Source of the DNA: Rubrivivax sp.
GTDB lineage: Bacteria; Pseudomonadota; Gammaproteobacteria; Burkholderiales; Burkholderiaceae_C
DNA: 64,000 bases
Assembly: GCA_044507405.1 (NCBI GenBank)
Contig: JBIQJS010000005.1
Coordinates: 4,450-68,449 of the forward strand
Direction of reading: 5' to 3'
The notes beneath the pieces are model-generated. The model did no database searches. It was given only the letters and a program-made list of their open reading frames with translations, and had not been told where the DNA came from. Shown piece by piece: positions 21,673 to 31,900 of this stretch. Each line of letters opens with the position of its first letter. Within the stretch, counting starts at the first letter, position 1. The position numbers and the translations under genes are program-made.

Positions 21673-22832
21673 GCGCCAAGGTGATCCCCCCCGGCGCGAC
21701 GCTCGGGGTGATGGGCGGTGGCCAGCTCGGGCGCATGTTCGTGCATGCCGCGCAGCAGATGGGCTACGCCACCGCGGTGCTCGACGCCGACGCGACCTCC
21801 CCGGCGGGGTGCGTGTCGCATCACCACGTGAAGGCCGGCTACCTGGATGAATCCGGCCTCGCCGCGCTCTCGCAGCTGGCCGCAGCGATCACGACCGAGT
21901 TCGAGAACGTGCCGGCGCAAGCCTTGCGCCGCCTGGCCGCATCGCGCCCGGTCGCCCCGGCCGGCGACGCGGTGGCCGTGTGCCAGGACCGCGCGCGCGA
22001 GAAGGCGCATTTCGTGGCGTGTGGGGTGCCCTGCGCGCCGCACGCCGTGATCGAAACGGCCGAGCAGCTCGCTGCCGCGCCAGACGACCTGCTGCCCGGT
22101 GTGCTCAAGACCGCACGCCTGGGCTACGACGGCAAGGGCCAGGTGCGGGTCGCCACGCGCGAGGAACTGGTGCGCGCCTGGGCCGAGCTCCAGTCCGTGC
22201 CCTGCGTGCTGGAGAAGCTGCTGCCGCTCGCCTATGAGGTGAGCGTGATCGTGGCGCGCGGCGCGTCAGGCGAGTGGGTGCATTTTCCGCTGCAGCAGAA
22301 CCTGCACCGCGACGGCATCCTTGCCGTCACGCAGGTGCCCGCGCCCGACGTCACGCCCTCGGTGCAGCAGCAGGCCGTCGCCGCCGCCGGCAAGATCGCC
22401 GAGGCGCTTGGCTACGTCGGCGTGCTGTGCGTGGAGTTCTTCGTGCTGAAGGACGGCACGCTGGTCGCCAACGAGATGGCGCCGCGCCCGCACAACTCCG
22501 GCCACTACACGATCGATGCCTGCGACTGCTCGCAGTTCGACCTGCAGGTGCGCACCCTCACTGGCGCACCGCTTGCCGCGCCGCGGCTGCATTCGCCCGC
22601 GGTGATGCTCAACTTGCTGGGCGACCTGTGGTTCCGTCGCGGCGACACGGCGGTGGAGCCGCCCTGGCAGGCCGTGCTTGCGCTGCCGGGCGTGCACCTG
22701 CACCTCTACGGCAAGGCCGAAGCGCGCCGCGGCCGCAAGATGGGCCACCTCACCGTGACCGCCGCGACGGCCGCGCAGGCCCGCAGCGTCGCGCTGGACG
22801 CGGCTGCAGCACTCGGGCTCGCGCCCTGGTGA
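21669..22832 (+). CDS. purK: N5-CAIR synthetase
   Basis: [27 protein letters not shown] and RKMGH motifs. Confidence 0.97.
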   Translation: MSAKVIPPGATLGVMGGGQLGRMFVHAAQQMGYATAVLDADATSPAGCVSHHHVKAGYLDESGLAALSQLAAAITTEFENVPAQALRRLAASRPVAPAGDAVAVCQDRAREKAHFVACGVPCAPHAVIETAEQLAAAPDDLLPGVLKTARLGYDGKGQVRVATREELVRAWAELQSVPCVLEKLLPLAYEVSVIVARGASGEWVHFPLQQNLHRDGILAVTQVPAPDVTPSVQQQAVAAAGKIAEALGYVGVLCVEFFVLKDGTLVANEMAPRPHNSGHYTIDACDCSQFDLQVRTLTGAPLAAPRLHSPAVMLNLLGDLWFRRGDTAVEPPWQAVLALPGVHLHLYGKAEARRGRKMGHLTVTAATAAQARSVALDAAAALGLAPW

Positions 22833-22847
22833 CGACGGCGTCGCGCC

Positions 22848-23840
22848 ATGCTGCTCGACGGTCGTGACGACAACGCCGTGGCGCGTGCCGCGCAGGCGCT
22901 CGCCGATGGCGAACTCGTGGGCATGCCGACCGAGACCGTCTATGGCCTGGCCGCTCGGGCCGACGACGATGCCGCGGTCGCCCGCATCTTTGCCGCCAAG
23001 GGCCGGCCCGCCGACCATCCGCTGATCGTGCACGTGGCCGACGCCACGCACGCGATGGCCTTTGCCGCGGCCTGGCCGCCGGTCGCGCAACGCCTGACCG
23101 AGGCGCTCTGGCCCGGCCCGCTCACCGTGATCGTGCCGCGCCGGCCTGAGGTCGCGGCGGCCGCGGCCGGTGGCCAGACCACCGTGGGGCTGCGGTGCCC
23201 GCGGCATCCGGTCGCGCAGGCCTTGCTGAAGGAAGCCCATCGCCTGGGCGTGCCCGGCGTGGCCGCGCCGAGCGCCAACCGCTTCGGCCGCATCAGCCCG
23301 ACACAGGCGCGCCATGTGGCCGAGGAGTTCGGCGACGAGTTGCTCGTGCTCGACGGCGGTCCCTGCGAAGCGGGCATCGAATCGACCCTCGTCGACTGCT
23401 CGCGCGGCCGGCCGGTGCTGCTGCGCCCGGGCATCGTCACGCGCACGCGGCTGGAGGCGATTGCCGGGGAGCCGGTGCTCGACCGCGACCAGGCCGCGCC
23501 GCGCGCCTCGGGCACGCTGGAGGCGCATTACGCGCCGCGCGCCAAGCTGCGCCTGATGCCGGCCGGGATGCTGCGCCAGGCCTTGCAGGTGCTCGACCCG
23601 GCGGGCCCGGGGTCGACGCTGACGCTGGCGGTATATTGCCGGACCGTTCCGCGCGCTTCGGCCCGCGGCGCGATCTACCGGGCCATGCCCGCCGAGGCGG
23701 CCGAGGCTGCCCACCAACTCTTTTCCACGCTGCGTGAACTGGACGACCAGGGCGCGCATCTGATCTGGGTCGAAGAGCCGCCCGACACCCCCGAATGGGA
23801 AGGCGTGCGTGACCGGCTGCAGCGTGCGGCCGCGACCTGA
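22848..23840 (+). CDS. sua5: L-threonylcarbamoyladenylate synthase (Sua5 type)
   Basis: PTETVYGL, KGRP..HPLIVH, APSAN and HYAP linker. Confidence 0.95.
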   Translation: MLLDGRDDNAVARAAQALADGELVGMPTETVYGLAARADDDAAVARIFAAKGRPADHPLIVHVADATHAMAFAAAWPPVAQRLTEALWPGPLTVIVPRRPEVAAAAAGGQTTVGLRCPRHPVAQALLKEAHRLGVPGVAAPSANRFGRISPTQARHVAEEFGDELLVLDGGPCEAGIESTLVDCSRGRPVLLRPGIVTRTRLEAIAGEPVLDRDQAAPRASGTLEAHYAPRAKLRLMPAGMLRQALQVLDPAGPGSTLTLAVYCRTVPRASARGAIYRAMPAEAAEAAHQLFSTLRELDDQGAHLIWVEEPPDTPEWEGVRDRLQRAAAT

Positions 23841-23861
23841 TCTCGAACCTTTGGAGACTGC

Positions 23862-24839
23862 ATGAAGTCGTCGTCGCTTTCGTCGAAGCTGAACCTGATG
23901 CGCGCAGCCGGCGCGGCCCTGGCACTTGCACTGCTCGCCTCCTGCGGCGGGGGCGACCAGGTCGAGCCCTTCTCGCCGAACCGCCTCGTGGTCTTCGGTG
24001 ACGAGCAGAGCCTGATCGATGATTCGGGTTCTCCGGGGCAGGGCCGCAAGTACACGGTCAACGGCGTCGGCCGCAACCCGGACGGCAGCCTGAATGGCAT
24101 CCCCGACTGCACGCGCAATCCGATCTGGGTCCAGGTGGTGGCCAACGACTACGGCTTCCAGTTCGCCGAGTGCCTGAGCGCCGGCGTCACGCCGCGCGCG
24201 TTCATGCAGGCGCAACCCAGCAGCACGGTGGCCATGGTGCAAGCGCAGGTCAGCGCGTACATGGCAAGCCCGGGGTTCACCGACGCCGATCTCGTGACGC
24301 TCATGGTCGGCACGCACGACGTGCTGGCCGCTGCCGGCGCCGCCACGCCCGCGGCCGCGATCGCCGCAGCCGACGCCGCCGGCCGAGCCGTGGGCGACGA
24401 GGTGGTGCGCATCACCGACCGGGGCGCGAAGGTGCTGGTCTCGACCATCCCGAACGTGGGCACCGCGCCGCAGGAGCGCGGCGACCCCGCACGTGTCGAG
24501 CTGCTCACCACGCTCACGGAGAGCTTCAACGCGGCCCTGCGCCGGCGGCTGCAGGACGTGCGGGGCGGTGGCACCGCCGTGGGCCTGGTGCGCGGCGAGG
24601 AACTGGTGCTCATGATCCAGCGTGCGCCGTCGGCCTATGGCATCTCCAACATCGAGCAGGCCGCGTGCACCGGCTCGCTGCTCTCGTGCACCGAGCAGAC
24701 CGGCCTCGTGCCCGAAGCGACCACGCCGAGCCCGCGCAGCTCCGAGTGGCTGTGGGCCGGCCCGCTGCAGCTCGGCTCGAACGTGCAGGCACGCCTGGGG
24801 GCTGCCGCGGTCTACCGCGCGCGCAACAACCCGTTCTGA
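23862..24839 (+). CDS. SGNH/GDSL-fold lipoprotein with degenerate catalytic motifs
   Basis: Lipobox LLASC; LVVFGDE block I, VGTHD block III, GAKVLVSTIP and FNAAL; ends in NNPF. Confidence 0.75.
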   Translation: MKSSSLSSKLNLMRAAGAALALALLASCGGGDQVEPFSPNRLVVFGDEQSLIDDSGSPGQGRKYTVNGVGRNPDGSLNGIPDCTRNPIWVQVVANDYGFQFAECLSAGVTPRAFMQAQPSSTVAMVQAQVSAYMASPGFTDADLVTLMVGTHDVLAAAGAATPAAAIAAADAAGRAVGDEVVRITDRGAKVLVSTIPNVGTAPQERGDPARVELLTTLTESFNAALRRRLQDVRGGGTAVGLVRGEELVLMIQRAPSAYGISNIEQAACTGSLLSCTEQTGLVPEATTPSPRSSEWLWAGPLQLGSNVQARLGAAAVYRARNNPF

Positions 24840-24840
24840 G

Positions 24841-25122
24841 TCAGCGCGCGGGCGGTCGCTCGCGCGACTCGATCGTCACCTTCATGATGAGGATGCTCGC
24901 CGCCAGTGCGAGCGTGATGGCGTTGGCGATCGTGATCGGCCAGGAGCGCAGGACGACGCCGTAGCCCAGCCACAGGGCCACGCCGAGCGTGAACGCGCTG
25001 TACATGCCGAGCGAGATGCCGCTCACGTCGCGTGTGCGGAACGTGTGCCAGGCCTGCAGCGCGAACGACCCGGTGGTGAGGGTGGCCGCGCTGTAGCCGA
25101 GCCATTCGAGGGTCGGCGTCAT
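24841..25122 (-). CDS. SemiSWEET / PQ-loop family transporter
   Basis: 93 aa with 3 TM segments; LTTGSF.LQ, DVSGISLGMY, LWLGYG and ANAITL motifs. Confidence 0.88.
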   Translation of the reverse strand: MTPTLEWLGYSAATLTTGSFALQAWHTFRTRDVSGISLGMYSAFTLGVALWLGYGVVLRSWPITIANAITLALAASILIMKVTIESRERPPAR

Positions 25123-26567
25123 GGTCCGCTCGCCGCGGGGGTCGCCGGCGCGACATCGTTTGCCGTCCACTGCACCAGCGCCTCGAGCGCCGGGCGCGCC
25201 AGGTTGGCGTTGGGATGGTGGATGACGGCCACCAGCACGTGGCGCTTGCCGCTCGCGCCCAGCACATAGCCCGCAATGCCGGCCACATCGCGCAGCGAAC
25301 CGGTCTTCAGGTGGGCACGGCCGGTCACGCCGTTGCGGGCGCGGCGCAGGGTGCCGTCGACGCCGCTCACCGGCAGCGAGGCCATGAACTCCGGCATGGT
25401 GGGCCCGGCCCAGGCGGCCTGCAGCAACCGTGTGAGCAGGTCGGCATGCAGCCGGTTGTCGCGTGAGAGGCCGGAGCCGTTGTCGATCACCACGCCACGC
25501 GCAGCCTCGCCGAAGCGCTCGCCGAGCCACGCCTGCAACAGGTCACGTGCCTCATCCGGCGTGCCGGCCGCGCCGCGCTGCGTGACGGGCAACGTGAGGA
25601 AGAGTTGCTGCGCCATCACGTTGTTGCTGAACTTGTTGATGTCGCGCACCACCTCGGCGAGCGTCGGTGAGCTGATCTCGAAGCTCGGCGGCTGCACGGG
25701 TGCGGTGCCATCGCGCACGCGGCCGACGAGCTTGCCACCCATCTCGCGCCACAGGCCTGCCAGCACGCGGGCGTTGTAGCCCTTGGGGTCGGCATAGGCC
25801 ACGGGCCACTGGCGCTCCAGGCAGCTCGCCGGATAGTGGCCGGCGAAGCGGATGCGCAGCGGGTCGGTGAAATCGGCGCGCAGGGCGCCGCGCCAGTCGT
25901 CGCAGGAGCCGCTGGACAGCGGCACCGCAACGTCGATGCGCACGCCGGCCAGCGGGGGCTCGCTGGAGACGATGGCGAGGCCGCGCGCCGGATCGGGCGT
26001 GAAGGTGAGCAGCACCGTCTTGTAGTTGAGCAGCAGCGCATCGGCGCCCGCGTTCGACGGGCGGTAGGGCTCGTTGTCGAAGTCGGCCGGGTCGTGGGGC
26101 GGCAGGGCGAAGGTGCTGCGGTCGATGACGATGTCGCCGCGGATCTCGCGCACGCCGAGCTGCTGCACGCGGCGCAGCATCTGCCACAGGCGCTCCTGCA
26201 CGAACTTCGGGTCGCCGGTGCCCTTGATGACGAGGTTGCCCTCGAGCACGCCGTTGAGCAGCGTGCCCTGGATCCACACGGGCGTGTTCCACGTCCATGC
26301 CGGGCCGAGCAGGTCCAGCGCCGCGGCGGTGGTCACGAGCTTCATGAGCGACGCCGGGTTGACGGGCGTCTGCGGCTGCCAGGCCAGCCGTGGCGCGGTG
26401 CCGTTTCCGACCTCCTGCACGACGGCCACCAGCGCCTCGCGCGGCACCCCGGCGCGCTGCAGGGCCGCATCGACTTCCGCCGGCACGGCCGTCTGGGCCG
26501 ATGTGTTCATCGCCAGGGCGAGGAGGCTGCACGCGGCGAGGCGGCGCACGAAGTCGCGTCGGAGCAT
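25119..26567 (-). CDS. dacB: D-alanyl-D-alanine carboxypeptidase/endopeptidase (PBP4, peptidase S13)
   Basis: PASLMK (SxxK), SNN (SxN), KTG and NGSGLSR motifs. Confidence 0.93.
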   Translation of the reverse strand: MLRRDFVRRLAACSLLALAMNTSAQTAVPAEVDAALQRAGVPREALVAVVQEVGNGTAPRLAWQPQTPVNPASLMKLVTTAAALDLLGPAWTWNTPVWIQGTLLNGVLEGNLVIKGTGDPKFVQERLWQMLRRVQQLGVREIRGDIVIDRSTFALPPHDPADFDNEPYRPSNAGADALLLNYKTVLLTFTPDPARGLAIVSSEPPLAGVRIDVAVPLSSGSCDDWRGALRADFTDPLRIRFAGHYPASCLERQWPVAYADPKGYNARVLAGLWREMGGKLVGRVRDGTAPVQPPSFEISSPTLAEVVRDINKFSNNVMAQQLFLTLPVTQRGAAGTPDEARDLLQAWLGERFGEAARGVVIDNGSGLSRDNRLHADLLTRLLQAAWAGPTMPEFMASLPVSGVDGTLRRARNGVTGRAHLKTGSLRDVAGIAGYVLGASGKRHVLVAVIHHPNANLARPALEALVQWTANDVAPATPAASGP

Positions 26568-26622
26568 GGGGAGATGATCGCACGCACCCGGTGGCGCAGA
26601 GGCCGCCCGGTAGACTCCTCGC

Positions 26623-27342
26623 ATGACCCGCCTGCTGGCCTTCGACACCTCCACCGACGCGATGAGCATGGCCCTGCTCACGCCCGAGGGAGTGCTCGCG
26701 CGCGATGCCGCCGGCGGGCCGCGCGCCTCGGCGCAACTGCTGCCCGATCTCCTCGCCTTGCTGTCCGAAGGGCGGTGCCGCCTCGACGAGCTGGACGCCA
26801 TCGCCTTCGGCTGCGGCCCCGGTGCCTTCACCGGCCTGCGTACCGCCTGCTCGGTCGCCCAGGGCCTGGCCTTCGGCGCGGAGAAACCGGTGGTGCCGGT
26901 GGACAGCCTGCTGATCGTCGCCGAGGACGCGCGCGTGCAGCTGGGCGACGCCGCGCCGTCGTCGATCTGGGTGGCGATGGATGCGCGCATGGACGAGATC
27001 TATGCCGGCGCCTACCGCGTGGACGACGGGCGTTGGGTCGTCGAGACGGCCCCGGCGCTGTATGCGGTGGAGGCGCTCAACGCGCAATGGGCCGCCACGC
27101 CGCCGCGGGCCATCGCGGGCTCGGCCGTGCCGGCCTTCGGCGAACGGCTGCAGGGGGGCGGGGCGCTGACCGTGCCGCGCGAGCGTTCGCGCGCGCGCGG
27201 CCTGATCGAAGTCGCCCGGCAAGGCCTGGCGGCGGGCCGCACGGTGGACGCGGTGCACGCCTTGCCGGTCTATCTGCGCGACAGGGTGGCCCTGACGACC
27301 GACGAGCGCGAGGCGGCGCGCCTGGCGAAGGAGGGCGCATGA
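26623..27342 (+). CDS. tsaB: tRNA t6A modification protein TsaB
   Basis: LAFDTST, GPGAFTGLR, DARMDEIY and PVYLR motifs. Confidence 0.95.
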   Translation: MTRLLAFDTSTDAMSMALLTPEGVLARDAAGGPRASAQLLPDLLALLSEGRCRLDELDAIAFGCGPGAFTGLRTACSVAQGLAFGAEKPVVPVDSLLIVAEDARVQLGDAAPSSIWVAMDARMDEIYAGAYRVDDGRWVVETAPALYAVEALNAQWAATPPRAIAGSAVPAFGERLQGGGALTVPRERSRARGLIEVARQGLAAGRTVDAVHALPVYLRDRVALTTDEREAARLAKEGA

Positions 27343-27845
27343 GTGCCGTGCTGCGCGACCAGCGCCTGCTGCTGCCCATGACGGTGCAGCAGCTCGACGC
27401 GGTGCTCGCCATCGAGCTGCAGGCCTATGAGTTCCCCTGGTCGCGCGGCAACTTCATCGACTCGCTCGCGGCGGGCTACCACGCGCAGGTGCTGCACGGC
27501 GCGCACGGCGAGCTGCTGGGCTACTTCATCGCGATGGAGGGCGTGGACGAGATGCACCTGCTCAACATCACCGTCGCACCCCCGGCGCAAGGGGCCGGGC
27601 ATGCGCGCTTCATGCTCGACGAGCTCTGCACGCTGTCTCGCAGCCGTGGCGCCGGCCAGCTCTGGCTGGAGGTGCGTGAGAGCAACCACCGTGCGCGCAG
27701 CGTCTACGAGCGCTATGGCTTTCGCCACATCGGCCGGCGCCGTGGCTACTACCCTGCCACGCGCGACGAGGCCCATCCCAACGGCCGCGAGGATGCCCTC
27801 GTGATGAGCCGCGACCTGCTGGAGCCCGCGCATGGGATGGACTGA
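27339..27845 (+). CDS. rimI: Ribosomal protein S18 alanine N-acetyltransferase
   Basis: EMHLLNITV, WLEVRESN, RRGYY and EDALVM motifs. Confidence 0.93.
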   Translation: MSAVLRDQRLLLPMTVQQLDAVLAIELQAYEFPWSRGNFIDSLAAGYHAQVLHGAHGELLGYFIAMEGVDEMHLLNITVAPPAQGAGHARFMLDELCTLSRSRGAGQLWLEVRESNHRARSVYERYGFRHIGRRRGYYPATRDEAHPNGREDALVMSRDLLEPAHGMD

Positions 27846-28677
27846 ACGCCAGGCCGCGATGCTGGCCGAGATGGGCCTCCGGGTGTGGAGCCGCGCGCCC
27901 GAGGCCGAAGACGTGGCGGTCGCCGAACCGGTCGCCGCCCCCCCGGCCCCGGCCCAGGTTCAGGCCCCAGGCCCGGGGATGGCGCCCGACATCCTCTTCT
28001 CGCGCGCGCCGGCCGCACCTGCACCTGCGCCAGCGCCTGCGCGAGCGCCGGCGGCGCTCCAGCCCACCCCCGGTTCGCGTGCGGTGGGCGTGGAGACCAT
28101 GGACTGGTCCGCGCTGCGCGCCGCGGTCGATGGCTGCACCGCCTGCAAGCTGTGCAGCGGGCGCACGCGCACGGTGTTCGGCGTCGGCCACGAGCGCGCG
28201 CACTGGATGATCGTGGGCGAGGCGCCCGGCGAGCAGGAAGACCGCCAGGGCGAGCCCTTCGTCGGCAAGTCCGGCATGCTGCTGGACAACATGCTGCGCG
28301 CCGTGGGCCTGACCCGCGGCGAGGCCCCGCCCGAGCGGCAGGTCTTCATCGCCAACACCGTGAAGTGCCGCCCGCCGGGCAATCGCAATCCCGAGCCGGC
28401 GGAACTCGCACAGTGCGAGCCCTTCCTGATCCGCCAGATCGCGCTGGTGCAGCCGCGCATCATCCTCGCCATGGGGCGCTTCGCCGTGCAGAGCCTGCTG
28501 CGCAGCGACGAGCCCATCGGCCGCCTGCGGGGCCGGGTGCACCGCTACCAGGGCGTGCCGCTGGTGGTGACCTACCACCCGGCCTACCTGCTGCGCAATC
28601 CGGAGGACAAGGCCCGCGCGTGGGACGACCTCTGCCTGGCCCGAGAGGTGCTGCAGCAGCCGCCTTCCATCCCCTGA
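27832..28677 (+). CDS. Uracil-DNA glycosylase, family 4 (Fe-S type)
   Basis: CTACKLC, GEAPG, KCRPP.NR and YHPAYLLR motifs; Pro/Ala-rich N-terminal linker. Confidence 0.92.
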   Translation: MGWTERQAAMLAEMGLRVWSRAPEAEDVAVAEPVAAPPAPAQVQAPGPGMAPDILFSRAPAAPAPAPAPARAPAALQPTPGSRAVGVETMDWSALRAAVDGCTACKLCSGRTRTVFGVGHERAHWMIVGEAPGEQEDRQGEPFVGKSGMLLDNMLRAVGLTRGEAPPERQVFIANTVKCRPPGNRNPEPAELAQCEPFLIRQIALVQPRIILAMGRFAVQSLLRSDEPIGRLRGRVHRYQGVPLVVTYHPAYLLRNPEDKARAWDDLCLAREVLQQPPSIP

Positions 28678-28732
28678 ACCGGGTTCGTGCACGCGCGGCC
28701 AAAGGCCGATGCCGCCGCTATCATGGCCCGCC

Positions 28733-31144
28733 ATGACCCTACGCCCCTTCCTGCGCGACAGCGACCTGCCGGATGCTGACCGTCTGCCGTGCATGCTGGC
28801 ATGGGTGACGGCCGAAGGCACGGTGCTGCGCGCCAACCGCGGCTTCCGTGATTTCACCGGCGCGGCGGGCGAGGGCGTCTCGCTGCCGGCGCTCCTGAGC
28901 GCCGAGTCGGGCGTGGCGCTCACCAGCCAGCTCGCCGCGCGCCGCGACTTCCGCCTGAGCGTGCGCATGCCCAGGGCGGGCGATGCGCGCTGGGGCGACG
29001 CCTGGCTCGACCTGCAGGTGCTCTGGCTGGACGAGCAGGGCTGCTATGCCTGCTCGCTGCACGACGTGACCGACAGCCGACGGGCGGAGCAGTCGTCGCG
29101 CGCACGCGCCGAGCAGTTCCAGCTCCTGGCCGACAACGTGCCGGTGCTCATCTCCTACTTCGAGGCACAGGGCTTCCGCTGCCTCTATGCCAACAAGCTC
29201 TACGCGCAGACCTTCGGGTTCGACGAGCACTCGGTGATCGGGCGCACCTTCCGCGAGATCGTGGGGGACGCCGCGGCCGAGGTGATCCAGCCCTACGTGG
29301 ACTACCTGCTCCGCGAGCACAAGCCCGCCGCCTACGAACGCGAGATGCGCACGCCCGAGGGCAAGCGCCACTGGCTGGAGGTCAACCTCATCCCGCACCT
29401 GGGCGACGACGGCTCGCTGATCGCGGCCTTCGTGCTCGTGTCCGACATCACCAAGCACCGCCTTGCCGAGCAGGCCGTGCGCGAGTCCGAGGAGCGCCTG
29501 GGCAAGTTCATGCAGGCGAGCGTGGAGGGCATCGTCTTCCACAAGCACGGCTACATCAGCGACGCCAACGAGCCGCTGTGCCAGTTGCTCGGCTACCAGC
29601 TCGAAGAGATCCTCGGCCGGCACGTCTTCGATTTCCTGCCCCCCGACCAGACGGCCAAGGTGTCGGCGGTGATGGAGGCCAACGGCGAGACCGCTTACGA
29701 AAGCGTGGTGATGCACCGCGACGGGCGGCGCATCCCGGTCGAATTCATCGTGCGCAGCATCGAGCGCCACGGCGAGCGCCTGCGCATGAGCATCGTGCGC
29801 GACATCCGTGACCGCTACGCCGCGCAGGAGCACATCCGCCGCCTGGCGCACAACGATGCGCTCACCGGCCTGCCCAACCGCCTGAGCCTGATGGAGCACC
29901 TGGGCCACATGATCGCCGCGGCGCGCCGCGACGACTCGCAGGTCGCATTGCTCTTCATCGACCTCGACCACTTCAAGCGCGTCAACGATTCGCTCGGCCA
30001 CCTGGTGGGCGACACGCTGCTGCAGACCATCGCGCGGCGCATCACCGAGAGCCTGCGCGGCACCGACGTGGTGGCGCGCTTCGGCGGCGACGAGTTCATC
30101 GTGCTGCTGCCGCGCACGCTGCAGCGCATGGACGTCGAGGAGGTCGCGCACAAGCTGCTCGCGCGCATCGAGGTGCCGGTCAATGCCGACGGGCGCCTCA
30201 TCTCCGTCACCCCGTCCATCGGCATCTCGATGTTCCCGCACGACGGCGAGACGGCCGACGACCTCATCAAGCACGCCGATACCGCGATGTACCTCGCCAA
30301 GTCGCGCGGGCGCGCCAACTACCAGTTCTTCACGCCCGCGATGGCCAGCAGCGCCTACGACGCGCTGGTGCTGGAGAGCCAGATGTCGCAGGCGCTGGAG
30401 CGCGGCGAGTTCGTGCTGCACTTCCAGCCGCAGGTGCATGCGCGCGACGGGCAGCTCATCGGCGCCGAGGCGCTGATCCGCTGGCGACATCCCGAGCGCG
30501 GCCTGCTGATGCCTGACGCCTTCATCCCGCTGGCCGAGCAGCAGCGGCTCATGCTGCCCATCGGCCAGTGGGTGATGCGCGAGGCGCTGCGCTGCGCTCG
30601 CCGCTGGCACGAGCAGGGCCTCCAGGGCGTGCCGGTGGCCGTCAACCTGTCCACGGTGCAGTTCCAGACCAGCGGCTTCAGCGCGCTCATCGAGCAGCTG
30701 CTCGCCGAAGAGGGTGTGAGTGGCGAGCTGCTCGAGCTCGAGCTCACCGAGCGCATGCTGATGGACGACCTGCCCGAGGTGAAGCGCAAGCTCAACGAGC
30801 TCAAGGCGCTGGGCGTACGCATCTCGGTCGACGACTTCGGCACCGGCTATTCGTCGCTCGCGCACCTGAAGGAGCTGCCCATCGACAAGATGAAGATCGA
30901 TCGCTCCTTCGTGCTCGGCCTGCCCGCCGACAACGACTCCGGCGCCATCACGCGCGCCATCATCCAGATGGCCCGCGGCCTCAACCTCTCGGTCATCGCC
31001 GAGGGCGTGGAAACCGAAGCGCAGCGCAGCTGCCTGGTGCGTCTGGATTGCGACGAGCTGCAGGGCACGCTCGTGGGCGCGCCGCTCGCGCTCGACGACT
31101 TCATGGCGTGGGCCGAATCCAAGACGAAGACGATGTCCAACTGA
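28733..31144 (+). CDS. Multi-PAS diguanylate cyclase/phosphodiesterase (GGDEF-EAL)
   Basis: PAS repeats, DALTGLPNR, RFGGDEF, AEALIRW, DDFGTGYSS, KIDRSF and IAEGVE, all intact. Confidence 0.95.
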   Translation: MTLRPFLRDSDLPDADRLPCMLAWVTAEGTVLRANRGFRDFTGAAGEGVSLPALLSAESGVALTSQLAARRDFRLSVRMPRAGDARWGDAWLDLQVLWLDEQGCYACSLHDVTDSRRAEQSSRARAEQFQLLADNVPVLISYFEAQGFRCLYANKLYAQTFGFDEHSVIGRTFREIVGDAAAEVIQPYVDYLLREHKPAAYEREMRTPEGKRHWLEVNLIPHLGDDGSLIAAFVLVSDITKHRLAEQAVRESEERLGKFMQASVEGIVFHKHGYISDANEPLCQLLGYQLEEILGRHVFDFLPPDQTAKVSAVMEANGETAYESVVMHRDGRRIPVEFIVRSIERHGERLRMSIVRDIRDRYAAQEHIRRLAHNDALTGLPNRLSLMEHLGHMIAAARRDDSQVALLFIDLDHFKRVNDSLGHLVGDTLLQTIARRITESLRGTDVVARFGGDEFIVLLPRTLQRMDVEEVAHKLLARIEVPVNADGRLISVTPSIGISMFPHDGETADDLIKHADTAMYLAKSRGRANYQFFTPAMASSAYDALVLESQMSQALERGEFVLHFQPQVHARDGQLIGAEALIRWRHPERGLLMPDAFIPLAEQQRLMLPIGQWVMREALRCARRWHEQGLQGVPVAVNLSTVQFQTSGFSALIEQLLAEEGVSGELLELELTERMLMDDLPEVKRKLNELKALGVRISVDDFGTGYSSLAHLKELPIDKMKIDRSFVLGLPADNDSGAITRAIIQMARGLNLSVIAEGVETEAQRSCLVRLDCDELQGTLVGAPLALDDFMAWAESKTKTMSN

Positions 31145-31155
31145 GGGAGGTTTCC

Positions 31156-31869
31156 ATGAGGGTACAAAGAGGATGGGCGGCCGCACTGGCCGCCCTTTTG
31201 TTGCTGGGTGGGTGCTCGTCGCGGTCGGCACGGCCGCAGACCGAGGTGGTCGAACCCGTGGTGACGCGCACCGCGGTGCCGCTGGCCGCCGTGCCGGCGG
31301 CGCTCCAGAGGCCCTTGGCGCTCGGCGACCAGCTCGAGTACCTGGTGCAGGACAAGTACACCGGCAACCGCCGCAAGGTGGTGCTCGAGGTGACCCGTCT
31401 GTCGGCGGACCGTGTCACTTTCAACCAGGGCGCGCGCACTGAGCGCCCCGATGGTCAGCCTCTGGAACTTGCCGCCGTGCTGCTCGGCGACATGGACGCC
31501 ATGATGCCGCCCGGCGGCTGGGGCAACGAGAGCCTCTCCCCGGGGGCCTACTGGACCCGCAAGCACAAGGGCAACGGCGACGCCGGCAACATGGCCTATG
31601 CCTTGAAGGCCGAGGCGGGCGAGCCGACCAACCTCAACACGCCCATGGGCGTGGTGCCGGTGGTGCCGATCGAATACTGGGGCTGGGCAACCGACAAGAC
31701 ACGCTCCATCGCCACCCCGTCGAAGGTGTCGGTGCTGATCTGGTATTCGCCGCAGCTCAAGCGGGTGATCCGCATGGAGTCCACGGTGAAGCCCGCCACG
31801 ACGCTGGCGCCGCGCACCTATGAATCGTCACGCGAGCTGATCGAGCTGACGGCGGTGCACCGCCGCTGA
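31156..31869 (+). CDS. Hypothetical beta-rich lipoprotein
   Basis: RBS GGAGG; lipobox LLGGC; 237 aa. Confidence 0.72.
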   Translation: MRVQRGWAAALAALLLLGGCSSRSARPQTEVVEPVVTRTAVPLAAVPAALQRPLALGDQLEYLVQDKYTGNRRKVVLEVTRLSADRVTFNQGARTERPDGQPLELAAVLLGDMDAMMPPGGWGNESLSPGAYWTRKHKGNGDAGNMAYALKAEAGEPTNLNTPMGVVPVVPIEYWGWATDKTRSIATPSKVSVLIWYSPQLKRVIRMESTVKPATTLAPRTYESSRELIELTAVHRR

Positions 31870-31900
31870 AGCCAGGCGGCCCACCTGGGGCCTGCCACGC

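Noticed and set aside
27900..28075. Pro/Ala repeats (PAPAPAP) in the uracil-DNA glycosylase
   Set aside because: An ordinary low-complexity linker, common at the N-terminus of betaproteobacterial family-4 UDGs.
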